Both the position numbers and the translations under genes were made by a program. The notes under the pieces were generated by a model. The model saw only the letters and a list, made by a program, of their open reading frames with translations, was not told where the DNA came from and did not search any database. DNA of 63,226 nucleotides, counting the filler, from Octopus bimaculoides (Eukaryota), in assembly GCF_001194135.2 (NCBI RefSeq). It is 8 parts of 8 records of this genome, joined end to end, with 100 filler letters (N's around TTAATTAATTAA, not from the genome) between each part and the next. Parts side by side here need not be neighbours in the genome. Positions count along the whole stretch, not along the records: positions 59,620 to 63,226 come from NC_068989.1; 7 more parts are not named here. The stretch is one strand, 5' to 3'. Position 1 is the first letter of the stretch; the number at the start of each line of letters is the position of its first letter. Below are positions 61,901-63,226 of this stretch, in pieces.

Positions 61901-63226
61901 AGGTTTTTTCTAACCAACGGCATTTCCAGCTGCTATAATGCTAAACGCCTAATTTCAGTCCTTGCTTGACCGATGATAGCAGGTCAGTAAGGAGACGAGA
62001 TGCATAAAGACATATTTCACGAAAGACGCCTACACAAGTTCCAATATAGCATTCATTGATACTTACGTCCAAGAGCACCAACTTATCGATCAAGTTTGTA
62101 TTATAGCAACACTTGCTCCTGACCCGTATCACAGATGTTCAACCAAATGGCCTGTAGTTATTTAAACTCCGTGTTGTTAGAAGGGTACGAACTGCTAAAT
62201 TCTCGGCCATTCATGGTGTTGTAGTTTCCTTCATAACTGAATATTTCCCTTAGAATCGCAATATACCAGACTGTATTTATGACATTTTGTATATGAAGGA
62301 AATTCTTACATTGCAGTTATCATTTCCTCTCGTAATTTTGCCAGACTTTCCAATAGTTGATAATAAATATGTAATGACACAATTTATCTGTTTATATTTA
62401 TATATCGTTCCTCTTATTGCAATATCTTGCAATATTAATATCTCCGTCTAATATCCGCAAACATAACAGAGGAACGTCTCTACTTCAATAACTGGTGATT
62501 GATACATTCGATTCTGTGTGATCACGTCGACGAACGAAACATGGCGACTTCTTTGACAAGAATTATGTGCTTGTCATTGAATATATATTGGTGAATTCAG
62601 AGGTAATTTTCCGTTGTCTTCTTAAGGGTTTTCCAGTAACCGGTGTTGGCTTGTTTACATCCCTGTAACAATAACAGTTCTACAAAAAGGTAAGGTATCC
62701 TCATACGACTCCAGTGTCCTGATAACTGCTGGATCCGTGATAATTGTTGCACCAAACCAATACAATTAGGAAAGACGGATGGAAGTGGCTCAGCACGTTG
62801 CAAGTTGCTCATTAAACCAAAACACTAGAACAAATACCATTACACTTTCCACTCTAGTGGCGATAGAAAAAGGAGTGATGAGGACAAGTAGTGAATGCTA
62901 CCGGAAGTTTTCAGCTTTTACTCTGAACACAAGCGGCCATAGGGTGAAGGTCATTTCCCCACAAACACGGGACAGATGTGGGTTTCAGCAGTCACCACAA
63001 GGGAGACCAGAATTAAGACCATCACTGAGTAAGAAGAAGAAATTATCTCAGAAAAACCATGCTATCTGAAACGTTAATTCTATTTAATTCAATCTATTTT
63101 TCTGATTTTCTGATTTAATTAACTTAAACAATTGAAACCGGTAGCATAGATTTATAAAAAAATGTAAATATTTTCTTCCCTTTCTTCAGCACAGAGTTCT
63201 CAGAGCATTTTCTCCATGTATATATA

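Overview
AT-rich, microsatellite-saturated, gap-rich animal genomic DNA. The repeat families and RTE LINE style suggest a coleoid cephalopod such as Octopus (inference). There are no prokaryotic genes, no CRISPR and no rRNA. The only recognisable host coding sequence is one 90-nt minus-strand exon (47025-47114) of an MRCK/CDC42BP (genghis khan) kinase, at the start of its CNH domain. Possible exons of a second, unidentified gene lie in the CpG-poor first ~16 kb. Nearly everything else is decayed transposon: Tc1/mariner, pogo-like MITE, Merlin, Helitron, RTE, Tx1/L1, R4/Dong, Penelope-like elements (PLE) and several tRNA-derived SINE families. Most ORFs in the supplied track are artefacts of microsatellites or N runs. 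The most interesting structures are: (i) a composite LINE-tail / 46-bp satellite / telomere-like array just inside the intron after the MRCK exon; (ii) several minimal hammerhead-ribozyme motifs in PLE-type tails, one next to an inverted tRNA-like head; (iii) an inverted piece of a ~305-bp tRNA-like tandem unit; (iv) a CpG-decay boundary at about 16-17.5 kb. All calls were made by eye. Transposon boundaries are approximate (tens of bp).
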